Below the pieces are notes generated by a model. The model was not told where the DNA came from and searched no databases. It saw only the letters and a list, made by a program, of their open reading frames with translations. Shown here one piece after another: positions 47,702 through 62,913 of a DNA stretch of 64,000 nt; the first letter of the stretch is position 1; each line of letters starts with the position of its first letter. The position numbers and the translations under genes are program-made. This stretch comes from Nitrospirota bacterium (GTDB lineage Bacteria > Nitrospirota > UBA9217), in the NCBI GenBank assembly GCA_963818475.1, contig CAWFSF010000001.1, forward strand, positions 128,001-192,000, written 5' to 3'.

Positions 47702-49797
47702 TTACCGAGCCTTGACTCCCTCGCCTTTTACCTTTGCGATGATCTGCTCTGAAATGTTTTTCGGTACTTCCTCGTAATGCGCAAACTGCATGGTATAGGT
47801 TGCCCTGCCCTGCGTCTTGGACCGGATGTCCGTAGCATAACCGAACATTTCCGAAAGCGGCACCTGTGCCGATATAACCCGGCCTGCACCGCGTACATTC
47901 ATGCCCTGAACACGACCGCGACGGGAACTGAGATCGCCGATAATATCGCCCATATATTCTTCTGCGCACACAACCTCTACTGCCATGACCGGCTCAAGCA
48001 AAGCGGGGGTCGCTTTAGCTGCACCTTCCTTGAACCCCATGGAACCGGCGATCTTAAATGCCATTTCCGAGGAGTCAACGTCATGATAGGATCCATCAAT
48101 GAGTGTTATTTTGATATCGACTACCGGATACCCGGCGAGCACGCCGTTCTGCATCGCCTCTTCGATACCCTTCTGTGTCGGCGCTACGTATTCCTTGGGG
48201 ACCGAACCGCCGACGGTCTTGTTCACAAATTCAAAGCCCTTGCCCGGTTCCTGGGGCTCCAGTTCAAGAACAACATGTCCATACTGACCGCGTCCGCCTG
48301 ACTGGCGCACGAACTTGCCTTCAGCAGTGACCTTCTTCTTGATCGTCTCGCGGTAAGCGACCTGGGGCTTGCCCACATTCGCATCAACCTTGAATTCACG
48401 TAAAAGACGGTCAACAATGATCTCAAGGTGAAGTTCACCCATGCCCGAGATGATCGATCTGCCCGGTCTCGGTGTCCGTGTGTACACGGAACGAGGGATC
48501 TTCCTGCATAAGCTTCTGGAGCGAGAAACCAAGCTTTTCCTGGTCTGCCTTGGTCTTTGGCTCGATGGCCACGGAAATGACCGGCTCCGGGAAAATCATG
48601 GCTTCCAAAATGACCGGCTTATTCTCATCACAGAGCGTGTGTCCGGTGAGCGTGCTCTTGAGCCCCACTGCCGCACAGATATCGCCTGCATATATCTGCT
48701 CGATCTCTTCACGCTTGTTGGCGTGCATTTTGAGCAACCTGCCGACACGCTCTCTGGTTCCCTTGGTCGAGTTGTACACATACGACCCGGAGGTGAGCGT
48801 ACCGGAATAGACCCTGACGAACGTGAGCTGACCTACGAACGGATCGGTCATGATCTTGAATGCGATGCCCGAAAAAGGCTCATCTATCTGATGCCGTGCG
48901 AACTACTTCTTCACCCTTGGGGCCAATGCCTGTGACCGAGGGGATGTCCAGCGGAGACGGAAGATAGTCCACCACCGCATCAAGGAGAAGCTGTACGCCC
49001 TTATTCTTGAACGCCGAGCCGCAGATAACCGGGAAAATACTCATTGCAATCGTTCCCTTGCGGATCGCCCTCATGATCTCTGCTTCCGTCGGCGTCTCGC
49101 CGTTCAGGAACTTTTCCATCACCACTTCATCCGCGTCAGCGATCTTCTCGATCATTTTTTCGCGGTATTCCTGCGCCTTAGGGAGGAGGTCTGCCGGGAT
49201 ATCATCGACAACGAATTTTGCACCAAGCGTTTCATCGTCGAAGAGGACCGCCTTCATTTTCACAAGGTCAATGCAGCCGCGAAACTTATCTTCCGCACCG
49301 ACAGGGATCTGGATCGGCACTGCGTTCGCGCCAAGCCGGTCAACCATGGACTGAACGCTCATGTAGAAATCAGCGCCAATCCGGTCCATCTTATTCATGA
49401 ACGCTATGCGCGGGACCTTATACTTGTCCGCCTGACGCCATACGGTCTCCGATTGAGGTTCAACGCCACTCACCGAATCGAAAGCTGCTACGGCACCATC
49501 GAGCACGCGAAGGGAACGCTCCACTTCAATAGTGAAATCCACATGACCGGGAGTGTCAATGATATTAATTCGCTTGTCACGCCAAAAACAGGTGGTTGCG
49601 GCAGAGGTGATGGTGATACCGCGCTCCTGCTCCTGGACCATCCAGTCCATGACCGCTGTCCCATCGTGCACTTCGCCGATCTTATAAGAAACACCGGTAT
49701 AGTAAAGAATTCGCTCCGTCGTCGTCGTTTTTCCGGCGTCGATGTGAGCCATAATACCGATATTGCGTGTATTTTCCAGTGAATACTGCCTAGCCAA
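47702..49797 (-). CDS. fusA: Elongation factor G, +1 frameshifts near 48885 and 48457
   Basis: [32 protein letters not shown] and DSSEMAFK motifs spread over three consecutive ORFs. Confidence 0.97.
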
Positions 49798-49827
49798 AAC
49801 TTCCTCCGCTTCTCTCTTCTAAAGAAC

Positions 49828-50298
49828 TTACCAGCGATAGTGAGCGAACGCCTTATTGGCATCTGCCATACGGTGAATGTCTTCCTTCTTCTTCACAGCT
49901 GCACCGGTATTGTTCGATGCATCCAGGATCTCGCCTGCCAGTTTATCCACCATGGACTTCTCCGGCCGCTGTGACGCATACAGCCTGAGCCAGCGATACG
50001 CAAGCGACATTCTGCGAGGCTGCTTCACCTCAATAGGCACCTGATATGAAGCACCACCCACCCGGCGAGACTTCACCTCGAGGGTCGGCTTCAAATTCTC
50101 AATTGCCTTCTTAAAAATGGCAATCGGATCACCGTTGGTCTTTTGCTGAATACGGTCGAGCGCCTTATAGCAAATAGCCTCTGCAGTGCTCTTCTTGCCC
50201 TTGCGCATAAGCACATTCACAAACTTAGCAAGCATCTGGCTGTGATACTTTGGATCAGGCAGTGATTCTCTTTTTACAACAACGCTTTTTCTCGGCAT
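49828..50298 (-). CDS. rpsG: 30S ribosomal protein S7
   Basis: [11 protein letters not shown]; [10 protein letters not shown]. Confidence 0.98.
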   Translation of the reverse strand: MPRKSVVVKRESLPDPKYHSQMLAKFVNVLMRKGKKSTAEAICYKALDRIQQKTNGDPIAIFKKAIENLKPTLEVKSRRVGGASYQVPIEVKQPRRMSLAYRWLRLYASQRPEKSMVDKLAGEILDASNNTGAAVKKKEDIHRMADANKAFAHYRW

Positions 50299-50362
50299 AG
50301 TATGATGTTCCTTTTTTTACGCATTTGGCGCCATCGGCGCACCTGCTGAACTGCCAAACCTG

Positions 50363-50734
50363 CTACTTAGGCCGCTTTGCTCCGTACTTGGAGCGACCCT
50401 GCTTACGATTTGCCACACCGACCGTATCAAGCGTGCCTCGCACGATATGATAGCGAACGCCCGGCAAATCCTTTACCCTGCCGCCACGGATAAGCACGAT
50501 CGAGTGCTCCTGGAGGTTGTGACCGACGCCAGGAATATAGGTGGTCACTTCCATGCCGTTCGTGAGCCTAACCCTCGCTACTTTGCGGAGAGCGGAGTTC
50601 GGCTTCTTCGGTGTCGTGGTGTAAACCCTGATGCAGACCCCTCGTTTCTGGGGGCTGCCCTTCAGAGCCGGGCTCTTGGTCTTGGTAGCCGCTAATGACC
50701 GACCTTGCCGTACAAGCTGATTAATGGTAGGCAC
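50363..50734 (-). CDS. rpsL: 30S ribosomal protein S12
   Basis: [10 protein letters not shown]; [12 protein letters not shown]. Confidence 0.98.
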   Translation of the reverse strand: MPTINQLVRQGRSLAATKTKSPALKGSPQKRGVCIRVYTTTPKKPNSALRKVARVRLTNGMEVTTYIPGVGHNLQEHSIVLIRGGRVKDLPGVRYHIVRGTLDTVGVANRKQGRSKYGAKRPK

Positions 50735-50798
50735 GTGTATAACTCCTTAAAAACATGGACATAACAACTTTAGGAATAAGTTGAGTCAAAACCTGATG

Positions 50799-50827
50799 AT
50801 TATATATATCTAACCACCGAATGTCAA
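50799..50827 (-). promoter_or_regulatory. Consensus sigma-70 promoter of the str operon
   Basis: Exact TTGACA-17 bp-TATAAT. Confidence 0.85.
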
Positions 50828-50857
50828 GATTTTTTTTACCAATTGTAAAAAATATAC

Positions 50858-50913
50858 AACTGAACTCCCCGGCGGTCAACTAATCCTCTTAAAAAATGCC
50901 GAGGAGGTCAGTT
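50858..50913 (-). terminator. Hairpin downstream of rpoC (probable terminator)
   Basis: AACTGAACTCCCCGGC / GCCGAGGAGGTCAGTT inverted repeat followed by T-rich DNA on the minus strand. Confidence 0.55.
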
Positions 50914-50952
50914 ATATGTAACTAAAAAGCGGCAACCACTGCTTTTGCGCTA

Positions 50953-53900
50953 CTAAAGGCTCTCTATTGCCTCTGATTCCTCTTCTATCGGCTCCATGAA
51001 CGTGTTCCGGTATTCTGCCAAGCCGGTACCTGCCGGTATGAGCCGGCCCATGATCACGTTCTCTTTCAACCCGACGAGATCGTCGACAGCCCCGGTAATT
51101 GCAGCCTCTGTGAGCACCCGAGTCGTTTCCTGGAACGACGCTGCAGATATAAAGCTATCCGTAGTAAGAGACGCCTTCGTGATGCCAAGAAGGATCGGCC
51201 GCGCTGTTGCAGGCACGCCCCCTTTCGCGATCACTGCCTCATTTTCTCTGGCAAAATTGAATCGATCCACCTGTTCGCCGATGAGGAATGGGGCATCTCC
51301 CGCTTCCTCGATCCTGACCTTGCGCAGCATCTGACGAACAATGACCTCGATGTGCTTATCGTTGATGCTCACGCCCTGGAGACGATAGACCTGCTGCACT
51401 TCGTCCACAAGATATTTCTGAAGCTCACGCGGTCCCAGCACGCTCAGAATATCGTGAGGATCGACCGGGCCGTCCATAAGGGGTTCGCCGGCGGCCACCC
51501 AGTCTCCTTCGTGCACGTTCACATGCTTGCCCTTGGGGATCAGGTATTCCTTTTCGTTCCCCTCGCCGTCTTTCACAAGAATTCTGCGCATGCCCTTCAC
51601 AAAACCGCCGAATTCCACCGTTCCGTCGATCTCGCTGATGATCGCCTGTTCCTTCGGTTTTCTTGCCTCGAAGAGCTCGGCAACCCTCGGAAGACCGCCT
51701 GTAATGTCCTTGGTCTTGGTGGTCTCGCGGGGAATTTTAACAAGGATGTCGCCCGGGAAGACCTCGCCGTTCTTGTCGACCAGGATGTGTGCTCCTGCCG
51801 GCAGCAGATAGCGCGCTACGACGTTGGAGCCGGGCAGCCGGGCGGTTTTGCCGTGTTGGTCCTTGATCGAGATACGTGGCCTCAGGTTCTGGTTCGGATA
51901 GTCAATGATCACTTTGCGCGACAAGCCGGTAACTTCATCCACTTCCTCGCGCATGGTGACGCCTTCGATAATGTCGCCGTAGGCGATTTTGCCGCCGATC
52001 TCCGTGAGGATGGGGAGAGAATAAGGGTCCCATTCGACCAGTTTCTGGCCGACCTCCACCTTGTGGCCATCCTGTACCTTTAGCCGCGCACCATAGATGA
52101 TCGCATACTTCTCGCGCTCTCGCCCCGTCGCATCGTGGATGGCAATGCTGCTGTTGCGGGACATGACCACGTAATCGCCTTCTTTGTTCTTCACCCAGTT
52201 AACATTGTTGTACTTCAAAACTCCGGCGTTCTTCGCCTCCAGTACCGTCTGCTCCACGACCTTGCTCGCCGTACCGCCGATATGGAATGTCCGCATGGTA
52301 AGCTGCGTTCCCGGTTCGCCGATGGACTGAGCAGCGACGATACCGATTGCTTCGCCGATGTCCACCAGTTTACCACGGCCAAGATCACGGCCGTAGCACA
52401 TCCGGCATACGCCGCGCAAAGACTGGCAAGTAAGCACCGACCGGATCTTGAGCTTATCGATGCCGGATTCCTCGATCCGTTTCACCAACTCCTCGTTGAT
52501 CTCACGGCGAGTCCCGATGATAACTTCCTTGGTTTCCGGATCAATAATATCCTCGGCGGCAACGCGCCCGAGAATACGCTCTGACAAGGGCTCGATGATC
52601 TCGCCGCCCTCAACGAGCGACCCCACAATAATGCCGTCAGTCGTGCCGCAGTCATCCTGGGTAATGATAACGTCCTGAGACACGTCCACAAGCCTTCTCG
52701 TGAGGTAACCCGAGTTGGCCGTTTTGAGTGCCGTATCGGCAAGACCTTTCCGGGCGCCGTGGGTCGAGATAAAGTACTGAAGCACCGTAAGGCCTTCGCG
52801 GAAATTCGCCGTGATCGGCGTTTCAATGATCTCGCCTGACGGCTTGGCCATGAGTCCGCGCATACCCGCAAGCTGCCTTATCTGCTGCGTGCTGCCGCGC
52901 GCTCCCGAATCGGCCATCATGAAGATATTGTTGAATGACCGTGCTTCCTGGAGCTCGGACTTCTTTGCCACGCCGATCTCGACCGCTTCCATGCCGAGCT
53001 CTGCCATCATTTCATCAGCGATCTTTTCCGTCACGTTCGCCCAGATATCGATTTCCTTGTTATAGCGCTCGCCGTTGGTGATGAGACCTTCGGTATACTG
53101 ATGGTGAATTTCCATGACTTCTTTTTGCGCCTGGTCGATGAACTTCTGCTTTTTGCTCGGGATATGCATGTCCGAAATGCAGATCGAGATGCCTGCGCGC
53201 ATGGCGTAGGTAAAGCCAATCTCTTTCAGCTCGTCGATGAGAACAACGGTGCGCCGAAGACCTAATCTCCGGTAGCACTCGTCGATCAACTTTGCGAGCT
53301 CCTTCTTGGTCATTTCCTTGTTCACGGAAGAGAACGGCATGCCTTCAGGCAATACCTCGCCGAACAACACTCTGCCGACTGTCGTTTCCTCGAGTTTGCC
53401 GTTGATGCGGCACCGGACCCGTGCGTGAATATGGACCATACCCTGGTCATAGGCGACTCGCACTTCGTGCCGGCCGGAGAACACCATGCCTTCGCCAGCT
53501 GCTTTTGAACGGGACTTGGTCAGATAGTAACAGCCAAGAACGATATCCTGTGACGGGACCGTGATCGGCCTGCCATTCGCGGGCGAGAGCACGTTATTGA
53601 CAGAGAGCATAAGCACCCGCGCTTCGAGCTGAGCCTCGACCGAGAGCGGGATATGAACTGCCATCTGGTCGCCGTCGAAGTCGGCGTTAAATGCCGCGCA
53701 TACCAGCGGGTGGAGCCGGATGGCCTTCCCCTCGACCAGGACCGGGTCGAATGCCTGAATCCCGAGGCGATGCAGTGTGGGAGCGCGGTTCAGCAGCACC
53801 GGATGCTCCTGGATAACCTCTTCGAGTACGTCCCACACCTCGGGACGCTCGCGCTCGATCATCTTCTTCGCGCTCTTGATGGTCGTGGCATACCCCTTTT

Positions 53901-55092
53901 CCTCAAGCTTGTTGAAGATAAAGGGCTTGAACAATTCCAGCGCCATTTTTTTCGGAAGACCGCACTGATGGAGCTTGAGGTCCGGACCGACGACGATCAC
54001 GGAGCGCCCTGAATAATCCACGCGTTTTCCAAGCAGGTTCTGACGGAACCGGCCCTGTTTGCCTTTGAGCATGTCTGACAGCGACTTCAGGGGGCGCTTG
54101 TTCGGCCCGCGCAGCACGCGGCCGCGCCGTCCGTTATCGAACAGTGCATCAACCGCTTCCTGGAGCATCCGCTTCTCATTCCTGATGATGACGGATGGAG
54201 CCTTCAGCTCCTCAAGTCGGCGCAGGCGGTTGTTCCGGTTGATGACCCGGCGGTAGAGATCATTGAGGTCCGACGTTGCAAACCGACCGCCTTCGAGCGG
54301 CACGAGCGGCCGCAGCTCCGGCGGGATCACCGGAACCACGTCAAGGATCATCCACTCGGGCTTGTTGCCGGACTTGCGAAATGCTTCGATCACCTTGAGC
54401 CGCTTCGTCAGTTTTTTCTTTGTGGCCAGGGACGTTGCGGTATCGATCTTTTTACGGATCTCCTCGGACTCTGTTTCGAGATCAACGCTGCGCAGCATCT
54501 CCCGGATGGCTTCGGCGCCCATACCTGCTTTAAAACCGCTTGATCCATACTCAAGCTGGGCCTTGCGGAACCGTTCCTCGGTCAGAAGCTCCTTATGCTT
54601 GAGCGGCGTGTCGCCGGGATCAACGACCACGTACCCTTCAAAATAGAGGACCTTTTCGAGCTGGCGGAGCGTCATGTCAAGAAGCGTACCGATACGGCTC
54701 GGCAGGCCCTTGAGAAACCAGATATGAGCGACCGGCGACGAGAGCTCGATATGTCCCATGCGTTCGCGCCGCACCTTTGACTGGATCACCTCGACCCCGC
54801 ACTTATCACAGACGATGCCTCGGTGCTTCATGCGTTTATACTTGCCGCAAAGGCATTCCCAGTCCTTGATCGGGCCGAAGATCTTGGCGCAGAACAGGCC
54901 GTCCCGCTCAGGCTTAAAAGACCGGTAATTGATGGTCTCCGGCTTCTTCACTTCGCCATACGACCATTCCTTGATACGCTCGGGCGATGCAACGCGGATC
55001 CGCATCGCATCAAAGCTGATATCCTTTGGTTTCTCGAACAGGTTCATGACGTCTGTTCTGGCTTTATTTTCCGTTATCTGTCTGTCTTCCAC
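50953..55092 (-). CDS. rpoC: RNA polymerase beta-prime subunit
   Basis: NADFDGD and Zn-finger motifs; start placed at the GTG following GGGAGG. Confidence 0.98.
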   Translation of the reverse strand: MEDRQITENKARTDVMNLFEKPKDISFDAMRIRVASPERIKEWSYGEVKKPETINYRSFKPERDGLFCAKIFGPIKDWECLCGKYKRMKHRGIVCDKCGVEVIQSKVRRERMGHIELSSPVAHIWFLKGLPSRIGTLLDMTLRQLEKVLYFEGYVVVDPGDTPLKHKELLTEERFRKAQLEYGSSGFKAGMGAEAIREMLRSVDLETESEEIRKKIDTATSLATKKKLTKRLKVIEAFRKSGNKPEWMILDVVPVIPPELRPLVPLEGGRFATSDLNDLYRRVINRNNRLRRLEELKAPSVIIRNEKRMLQEAVDALFDNGRRGRVLRGPNKRPLKSLSDMLKGKQGRFRQNLLGKRVDYSGRSVIVVGPDLKLHQCGLPKKMALELFKPFIFNKLEEKGYATTIKSAKKMIERERPEVWDVLEEVIQEHPVLLNRAPTLHRLGIQAFDPVLVEGKAIRLHPLVCAAFNADFDGDQMAVHIPLSVEAQLEARVLMLSVNNVLSPANGRPITVPSQDIVLGCYYLTKSRSKAAGEGMVFSGRHEVRVAYDQGMVHIHARVRCRINGKLEETTVGRVLFGEVLPEGMPFSSVNKEMTKKELAKLIDECYRRLGLRRTVVLIDELKEIGFTYAMRAGISICISDMHIPSKKQKFIDQAQKEVMEIHHQYTEGLITNGERYNKEIDIWANVTEKIADEMMAELGMEAVEIGVAKKSELQEARSFNNIFMMADSGARGSTQQIRQLAGMRGLMAKPSGEIIETPITANFREGLTVLQYFISTHGARKGLADTALKTANSGYLTRRLVDVSQDVIITQDDCGTTDGIIVGSLVEGGEIIEPLSERILGRVAAEDIIDPETKEVIIGTRREINEELVKRIEESGIDKLKIRSVLTCQSLRGVCRMCYGRDLGRGKLVDIGEAIGIVAAQSIGEPGTQLTMRTFHIGGTASKVVEQTVLEAKNAGVLKYNNVNWVKNKEGDYVVMSRNSSIAIHDATGREREKYAIIYGARLKVQDGHKVEVGQKLVEWDPYSLPILTEIGGKIAYGDIIEGVTMREEVDEVTGLSRKVIIDYPNQNLRPRISIKDQHGKTARLPGSNVVARYLLPAGAHILVDKNGEVFPGDILVKIPRETTKTKDITGGLPRVAELFEARKPKEQAIISEIDGTVEFGGFVKGMRRILVKDGEGNEKEYLIPKGKHVNVHEGDWVAAGEPLMDGPVDPHDILSVLGPRELQKYLVDEVQQVYRLQGVSINDKHIEVIVRQMLRKVRIEEAGDAPFLIGEQVDRFNFARENEAVIAKGGVPATARPILLGITKASLTTDSFISAASFQETTRVLTEAAITGAVDDLVGLKENVIMGRLIPAGTGLAEYRNTFMEPIEEESEAIESL

Positions 55093-55196
55093 AGTGAACC
55101 TCCCAGTAGAGGGCCCGACACCACGCCCTGCTAAACCGTTACCTTGACCGGGCGACTGCCCGGGTTGCATCTGTCAAAAAAACCGTCGCTCGGTTA

Positions 55197-59189
<3,993 letters not shown>

Positions 59190-59300
59190 GTTTACACCCC
59201 TCCGCCGAAACCATACCGGCTCGTATCTCTGCGTCTAGCGAAAAAAATGCCTTAAAGTATTATTTAATATCGTAATTGACCGGCTACTATCCATAAACGC

Positions 59301-59343
59301 AAAAAGTCCTCTGCCCTCCGGATACTCCGGAGGGCAAGGACTT
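59301..59343 (-). terminator. Terminator/attenuator between rplL and rpoB
   Basis: AAGTCCT.TGCCCTCCGGA / TCCGGAGGGCAAGGACTT stem with a T-run on the minus strand. Confidence 0.75.
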
Positions 59344-59366
59344 GAAAAATGAATATTGATGGTACG

Positions 59367-59738
59367 CTACTTTACCTCGATCGTTGCGCCTGCCTCGGTA
59401 AGTTTTTTCTTCATGGACTCTGCATCTTCCTTGGAGACGCCGGTCTTTACGGGCTTGGGGGCACCCTCCACCAGGTCTTTTGCTTCTTTGAGTCCGAGAC
59501 CGGTGAGCTCGCGGACAACCTTGATCACGTTGATCTTCTGCGCGCCGGCACTGGCAAGGATAACGTCAAATGCGGTCTTTTCTTCTGCTGCGGCTGCCGG
59601 TGCTCCACCTGCGGCGGCTACGGCCACGGGCGCGGCTGCTGAAACTCCCCACTTCTCTTCGAGCATCTTGCTCAGTTCGGCTGCTTCAAGAACGGTCAAT
59701 GCGCTGAGTTCGTCAACGATCTTTGCTAAATCTGCCAT
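59367..59738 (-). CDS. rplL: 50S ribosomal protein L7/L12
   Basis: [24 protein letters not shown]. Confidence 0.98.
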   Translation of the reverse strand: MADLAKIVDELSALTVLEAAELSKMLEEKWGVSAAAPVAVAAAGGAPAAAAEEKTAFDVILASAGAQKINVIKVVRELTGLGLKEAKDLVEGAPKPVKTGVSKEDAESMKKKLTEAGATIEVK

Positions 59739-59809
59739 GGTAACTTCCTCCTGAAAATGATTATAATCTTTTAGAGTACGCGTCCGGTCACGGAGCGCGC
59801 CTTAATTCC

Positions 59810-60322
59810 TTACCCTTTGTCCGCCTTGGCCTTCATGACCCGCGCGATCTGGCCGCCCGGCGCTGCAAGCACACCGGCGATCCTCGTTGCCGGTGCCTGG
59901 AGAAGACCGACGATCTTGCCGCGAAGCACGTTCAGCGAAGGCAATGTCGCCAGCGTCTTGATATCCGACTGCTTGATCAGCTTGCCGTCCATGACGCCGA
60001 CCTTGATCTCGAGCTTCGCCTGCGTTTTCTGAAAGTCGTAGAGCACTTTGGCAGATGCAACCGGATCGTCGTACGACAGCACGATGCCCACGGGACCGAC
60101 AAAGTGGTCTTTGAGCGGCTCGATGCCGGTGCCTTCTGATGCTTTTCGGGCGAGCGTATTCTTCACCACACGGTATTCCACCTGTGCCTTGCGAAGCTTA
60201 GAACGAAGCTCGGTGATCTGTTCCACGTTGATCCCGGAGTAGCCCGTTATCACTGCGGACTTCGCTTTGGTAAATTTGCCGTGCAGTTCGTCAATTGCCT
60301 GTTTCTTTTCTTCTTTATTCAC
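59810..60322 (-). CDS. rplJ: 50S ribosomal protein L10
   Basis: LRSKLR..VVKNTLA..LATLPS. Confidence 0.97.
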   Translation of the reverse strand: MNKEEKKQAIDELHGKFTKAKSAVITGYSGINVEQITELRSKLRKAQVEYRVVKNTLARKASEGTGIEPLKDHFVGPVGIVLSYDDPVASAKVLYDFQKTQAKLEIKVGVMDGKLIKQSDIKTLATLPSLNVLRGKIVGLLQAPATRIAGVLAAPGGQIARVMKAKADKG

Positions 60323-60334
60323 CCTGTCCTCCTT

Positions 60335-60475
60335 TCTTTCAAGAGTTCCCGATGACCAGCCCGGGAACGATGAAAGAAAGTGCTGGTTCTTTCGTTCGCC
60401 GGGTCTCGGCAGGCCCCTAGGGGATTAAACGGGGGAGCGAAGCTTCGCGCCCCTGTGCCTGCTGTCTCGGACCGC
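60335..60475 (-). promoter_or_regulatory. L10 leader (autoregulatory RNA)
   Basis: GTCCGAGACAGCAGG...TTTAA...CCTGCCGAGAC kink-turn-like core upstream of rplJ. Confidence 0.75.
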
Positions 60476-60523
60476 ACCCTGTTCTTTCAGGGCCGACCTT
60501 GTGCGTAAAAACGGATAGTTTGC

Positions 60524-61225
60524 TTATGCGAGCTTCTCGATCATGGCCGGGTCCATATGGATACCGGGGCCCATGGTCGTTGAAACGCCAACGCTCTTGA
60601 GATACTTGCCCTTGCTCGATGACGGCTTCGCCTTGATGATGGATTCCAGCACTGCCTTGGCATTGTCCACCAGCTTGCTCTCGTCAAAGGAGGATTTGCC
60701 TACGGGAACATGCACGATCCCGGCCTTCTCCACACGATACTCAACCTTACCAGCCCGGATGTCCTTGATGGCCTTGGCAACATCAAAAGTGACCGTGCCG
60801 GTTTTGGGATTCGGCATCAGTCCCCGGGGGCCTAGTACTTTCCCGAGCTTGCCGACGAGGCCCATGATGTCCGGTGTAGCAACGACCGTATCGAAATCGG
60901 TCCAGCCTTCCTTCTGTATCTTGTCAGCGAGATCCTCTGCGCCAACGTAGTCAGCACCGGCATCCCGCGCTTCTTTCTCTTTTTCGCCCTTGGCAAAGAC
61001 AAGGACTTTGACCTTTTTCCCGGTTCCATGGGGGAGTACCACCGTTCCCCGGACCATCTGGTCTGCCTGTTTCGGGTCGACACCGAGCTTTACGGCAAGA
61101 TCAACGGTCTCATCGAATTTCGTCCGGGCCGTCTTTTTCGCCAGGCCGATGGCCTCTTCGAGACTGTAAAGCTTCGTTCGGTCGACGAGTGCTGCTGCTG
61201 CCTTATACTTTTTCCCTGATGCCAT
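60524..61225 (-). CDS. rplA: 50S ribosomal protein L1
   Basis: KFDETV; [15 protein letters not shown]; STTMGPG. Confidence 0.98.
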   Translation of the reverse strand: MASGKKYKAAAALVDRTKLYSLEEAIGLAKKTARTKFDETVDLAVKLGVDPKQADQMVRGTVVLPHGTGKKVKVLVFAKGEKEKEARDAGADYVGAEDLADKIQKEGWTDFDTVVATPDIMGLVGKLGKVLGPRGLMPNPKTGTVTFDVAKAIKDIRAGKVEYRVEKAGIVHVPVGKSSFDESKLVDNAKAVLESIIKAKPSSSKGKYLKSVGVSTTMGPGIHMDPAMIEKLA

Positions 61226-61277
61226 GCTTCCTCCTCGCGGTCCCTGCGGCTGTTGTCAGCCTCCCGCATGTAAAACA

Positions 61278-61340
61278 AATTCAAAATTCTAATTTCGAAT
61301 ACCTAAATTAGGATTTCGTGCTTCGAATTTCGGATCTGAA
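61278..61340. repeat. Degenerate heptamer array between rplK and rplA
   Basis: ATTTCGA ... ATTTCGT GCTTCGA ATTTCGG ATCTGAA. Confidence 0.5.
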
Positions 61341-61341
61341 G

Positions 61342-61767
61342 CTAATCTACGACTTCAAGCCCCATGCTCTTCGCCGAACCTTCGATCATGCGCATAGCCG
61401 ACTCCACGCTGGCCGCATTAAGATCCGGGAGTTTGGTCTGTGCAATCTCTTTGATCTGAGCGCGGGTCACCTTGCCGACCTTATCCTTGTTCGGCACACC
61501 GGAACCCTTAACGATCCCTGCGGCCTTTTTCAGGAGTTCCGCAGCAGGTGCGGTTTTGGTGATAAAGGTGAACGATCGGTCAGAGTAGACTGAAATGATG
61601 ACCGGAACGATCGTGTCGCCCAATTTCTGGGTCCTGGCGTTGAACGTTTTGCAGAACTCCATGATGTTCACGCCGTGCTGGCCGAGCGCAGGGCCGACCG
61701 GCGGAGCCGGATTTGCCTTGCCTGCAGGAACCTGAAGCTTGATTTTTGCGGTAATCTCTTTTGCCAT
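61342..61767 (-). CDS. rplK: 50S ribosomal protein L11
   Basis: [15 protein letters not shown]. Confidence 0.98.
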   Translation of the reverse strand: MAKEITAKIKLQVPAGKANPAPPVGPALGQHGVNIMEFCKTFNARTQKLGDTIVPVIISVYSDRSFTFITKTAPAAELLKKAAGIVKGSGVPNKDKVGKVTRAQIKEIAQTKLPDLNAASVESAMRMIEGSAKSMGLEVVD

Positions 61768-61816
61768 CTATAAACTCCTGAGCTTAATTTTGCACCGTGA
61801 ATTTTTTACTACGGAT

Positions 61817-62359
61817 TTATTTCTCTTTTTCCCGTTCAACCTGCAGGAACTCAAGTTCCACCGGTGTCGAACGGCCGAAGATACTTACCATGACCCGAAG
61901 TCTGCCGTGGGTGGGGCTCACATCCTCCACGGTTCCGATAAAGCTGCTGAACGGTCCGTCGATGACCCGGACACGATCACCCTTCTGATATGCGTGCTTC
62001 GGCTGAGTAGGTGCAACGGCCCCCTCTTCCGCCTGCTTGAGGATGTTCTTTACTTCTTCGTCGCTGAGCGGCGTGGGATTCGTGCTTCCACCGACGAAGC
62101 CTGTTACCTTCGGCGTATCCTTAATGACATGCCACGTGTTGTCATCCATCTCCATTTCAACCAGTATATAGCCGGGGAAAAACTTCCGCTGCGTTTTTCT
62201 TTTTTTCCCGGCCTTCAGCGACAGGACCTCTTCCGTGGGGACAAGGATCTGCGCTATCTTGTCTTGCAGCCCCAACTTGGAGACCGTCTCCGCAATGCTG
62301 GCCCTGACCTTGTTCTCAAAACCCGCATACGTATGGACCACATACCAGTTCATCGGCAT
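61817..62359 (-). CDS. nusG: Transcription factor NusG
   Basis: WYVVHTYAG; FFPGY; KOW motif [11 protein letters not shown]; [10 protein letters not shown]. Confidence 0.98.
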   Translation of the reverse strand: MPMNWYVVHTYAGFENKVRASIAETVSKLGLQDKIAQILVPTEEVLSLKAGKKRKTQRKFFPGYILVEMEMDDNTWHVIKDTPKVTGFVGGSTNPTPLSDEEVKNILKQAEEGAVAPTQPKHAYQKGDRVRVIDGPFSSFIGTVEDVSPTHGRLRVMVSIFGRSTPVELEFLQVEREKEK

Positions 62360-62366
62360 AATTATT

Positions 62367-62552
62367 CTACTTAAAGGTAAGGGTCATTATCCGTCCCAAC
62401 CCCATATCTACCACGCCCAGAAAAATGGCCGCAATGAGCACCGTAATGATCACTACCCAGGTAGACCCTATAACCTCCTTTTTTGTCGGAAAAACGACCT
62501 TCTTGAGTTCCAACTTCACATCATGGAAGAACTCCATCATCTTCTTGAACAT
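62367..62552 (-). CDS. secE: Preprotein translocase SecE
   Basis: ELKKVVFPT plus one TM helix. Confidence 0.95.
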   Translation of the reverse strand: MFKKMMEFFHDVKLELKKVVFPTKKEVIGSTWVVIITVLIAAIFLGVVDMGLGRIMTLTFK

Positions 62553-62582
62553 TCGGTAGGCCTCTCTCTACACAAGGATTAA

Positions 62583-62658
62583 TGGCAGGCCAGGAGGGAC
62601 TCGAACCCCCAGCAGCCGGATTTGGAGTCCGGAGCTCTACCATTAGAGCTACTGGCCT
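62583..62658 (-). tRNA. tRNA-Trp (CCA)
   Basis: AGGCCAGTAGCTCTAATGGTAGAGCTCCGGACTCCAAATCCGG..GGTTCGAGTCC..CCTGCCA; cloverleaf with encoded CCA end. Confidence 0.96.
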
Positions 62659-62695
62659 GTGTCCTGGATTACATGCCTTCGCGGTGATGCCCGGT

Positions 62696-62848
62696 TTATG
62701 CCTTGGTTTCCTTGTGCACGGTATGTTTGCGGCAGAACCGGCAGTATTTTTCCAGATTAAGCTTGTCCGGGGTGTTTCTCTTGTTCTTGGTCGTTGAATA
62801 ATTTTTTCGCTTGCAGTCACCGCAAGCGAGGAGAACGATTTCCCGCAT
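62696..62848 (-). CDS. rpmG: 50S ribosomal protein L33 (Zn form; not in the ORF track)
   Basis: Translated by hand: [50 protein letters not shown]. Confidence 0.96.
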   Translation of the reverse strand: MREIVLLACGDCKRKNYSTTKNKRNTPDKLNLEKYCRFCRKHTVHKETKA

Positions 62849-62913
62849 TGTGTTGGCCTCTCTTTTTCAAATTCTGGTGCGACGAACGGATGTGTTCTCG
62901 TTCCGCACCGCTA

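Noticed and set aside
47500-48900. Programmed ribosomal frameshifting in fusA or tuf
   Set aside because: The breaks show no slippery heptamer or shared context. The second tuf copy lacks the extra base, and unrelated genes show the same +1 pattern.
55093-55170. Extended N-termini in the ORF track for rpoC (also aroC, mqnB, mqnD, rplQ, rpsN, ccdA)
   Set aside because: Downstream starts have better RBSs or match the family N-termini, so the extensions are ORF-caller artefacts.
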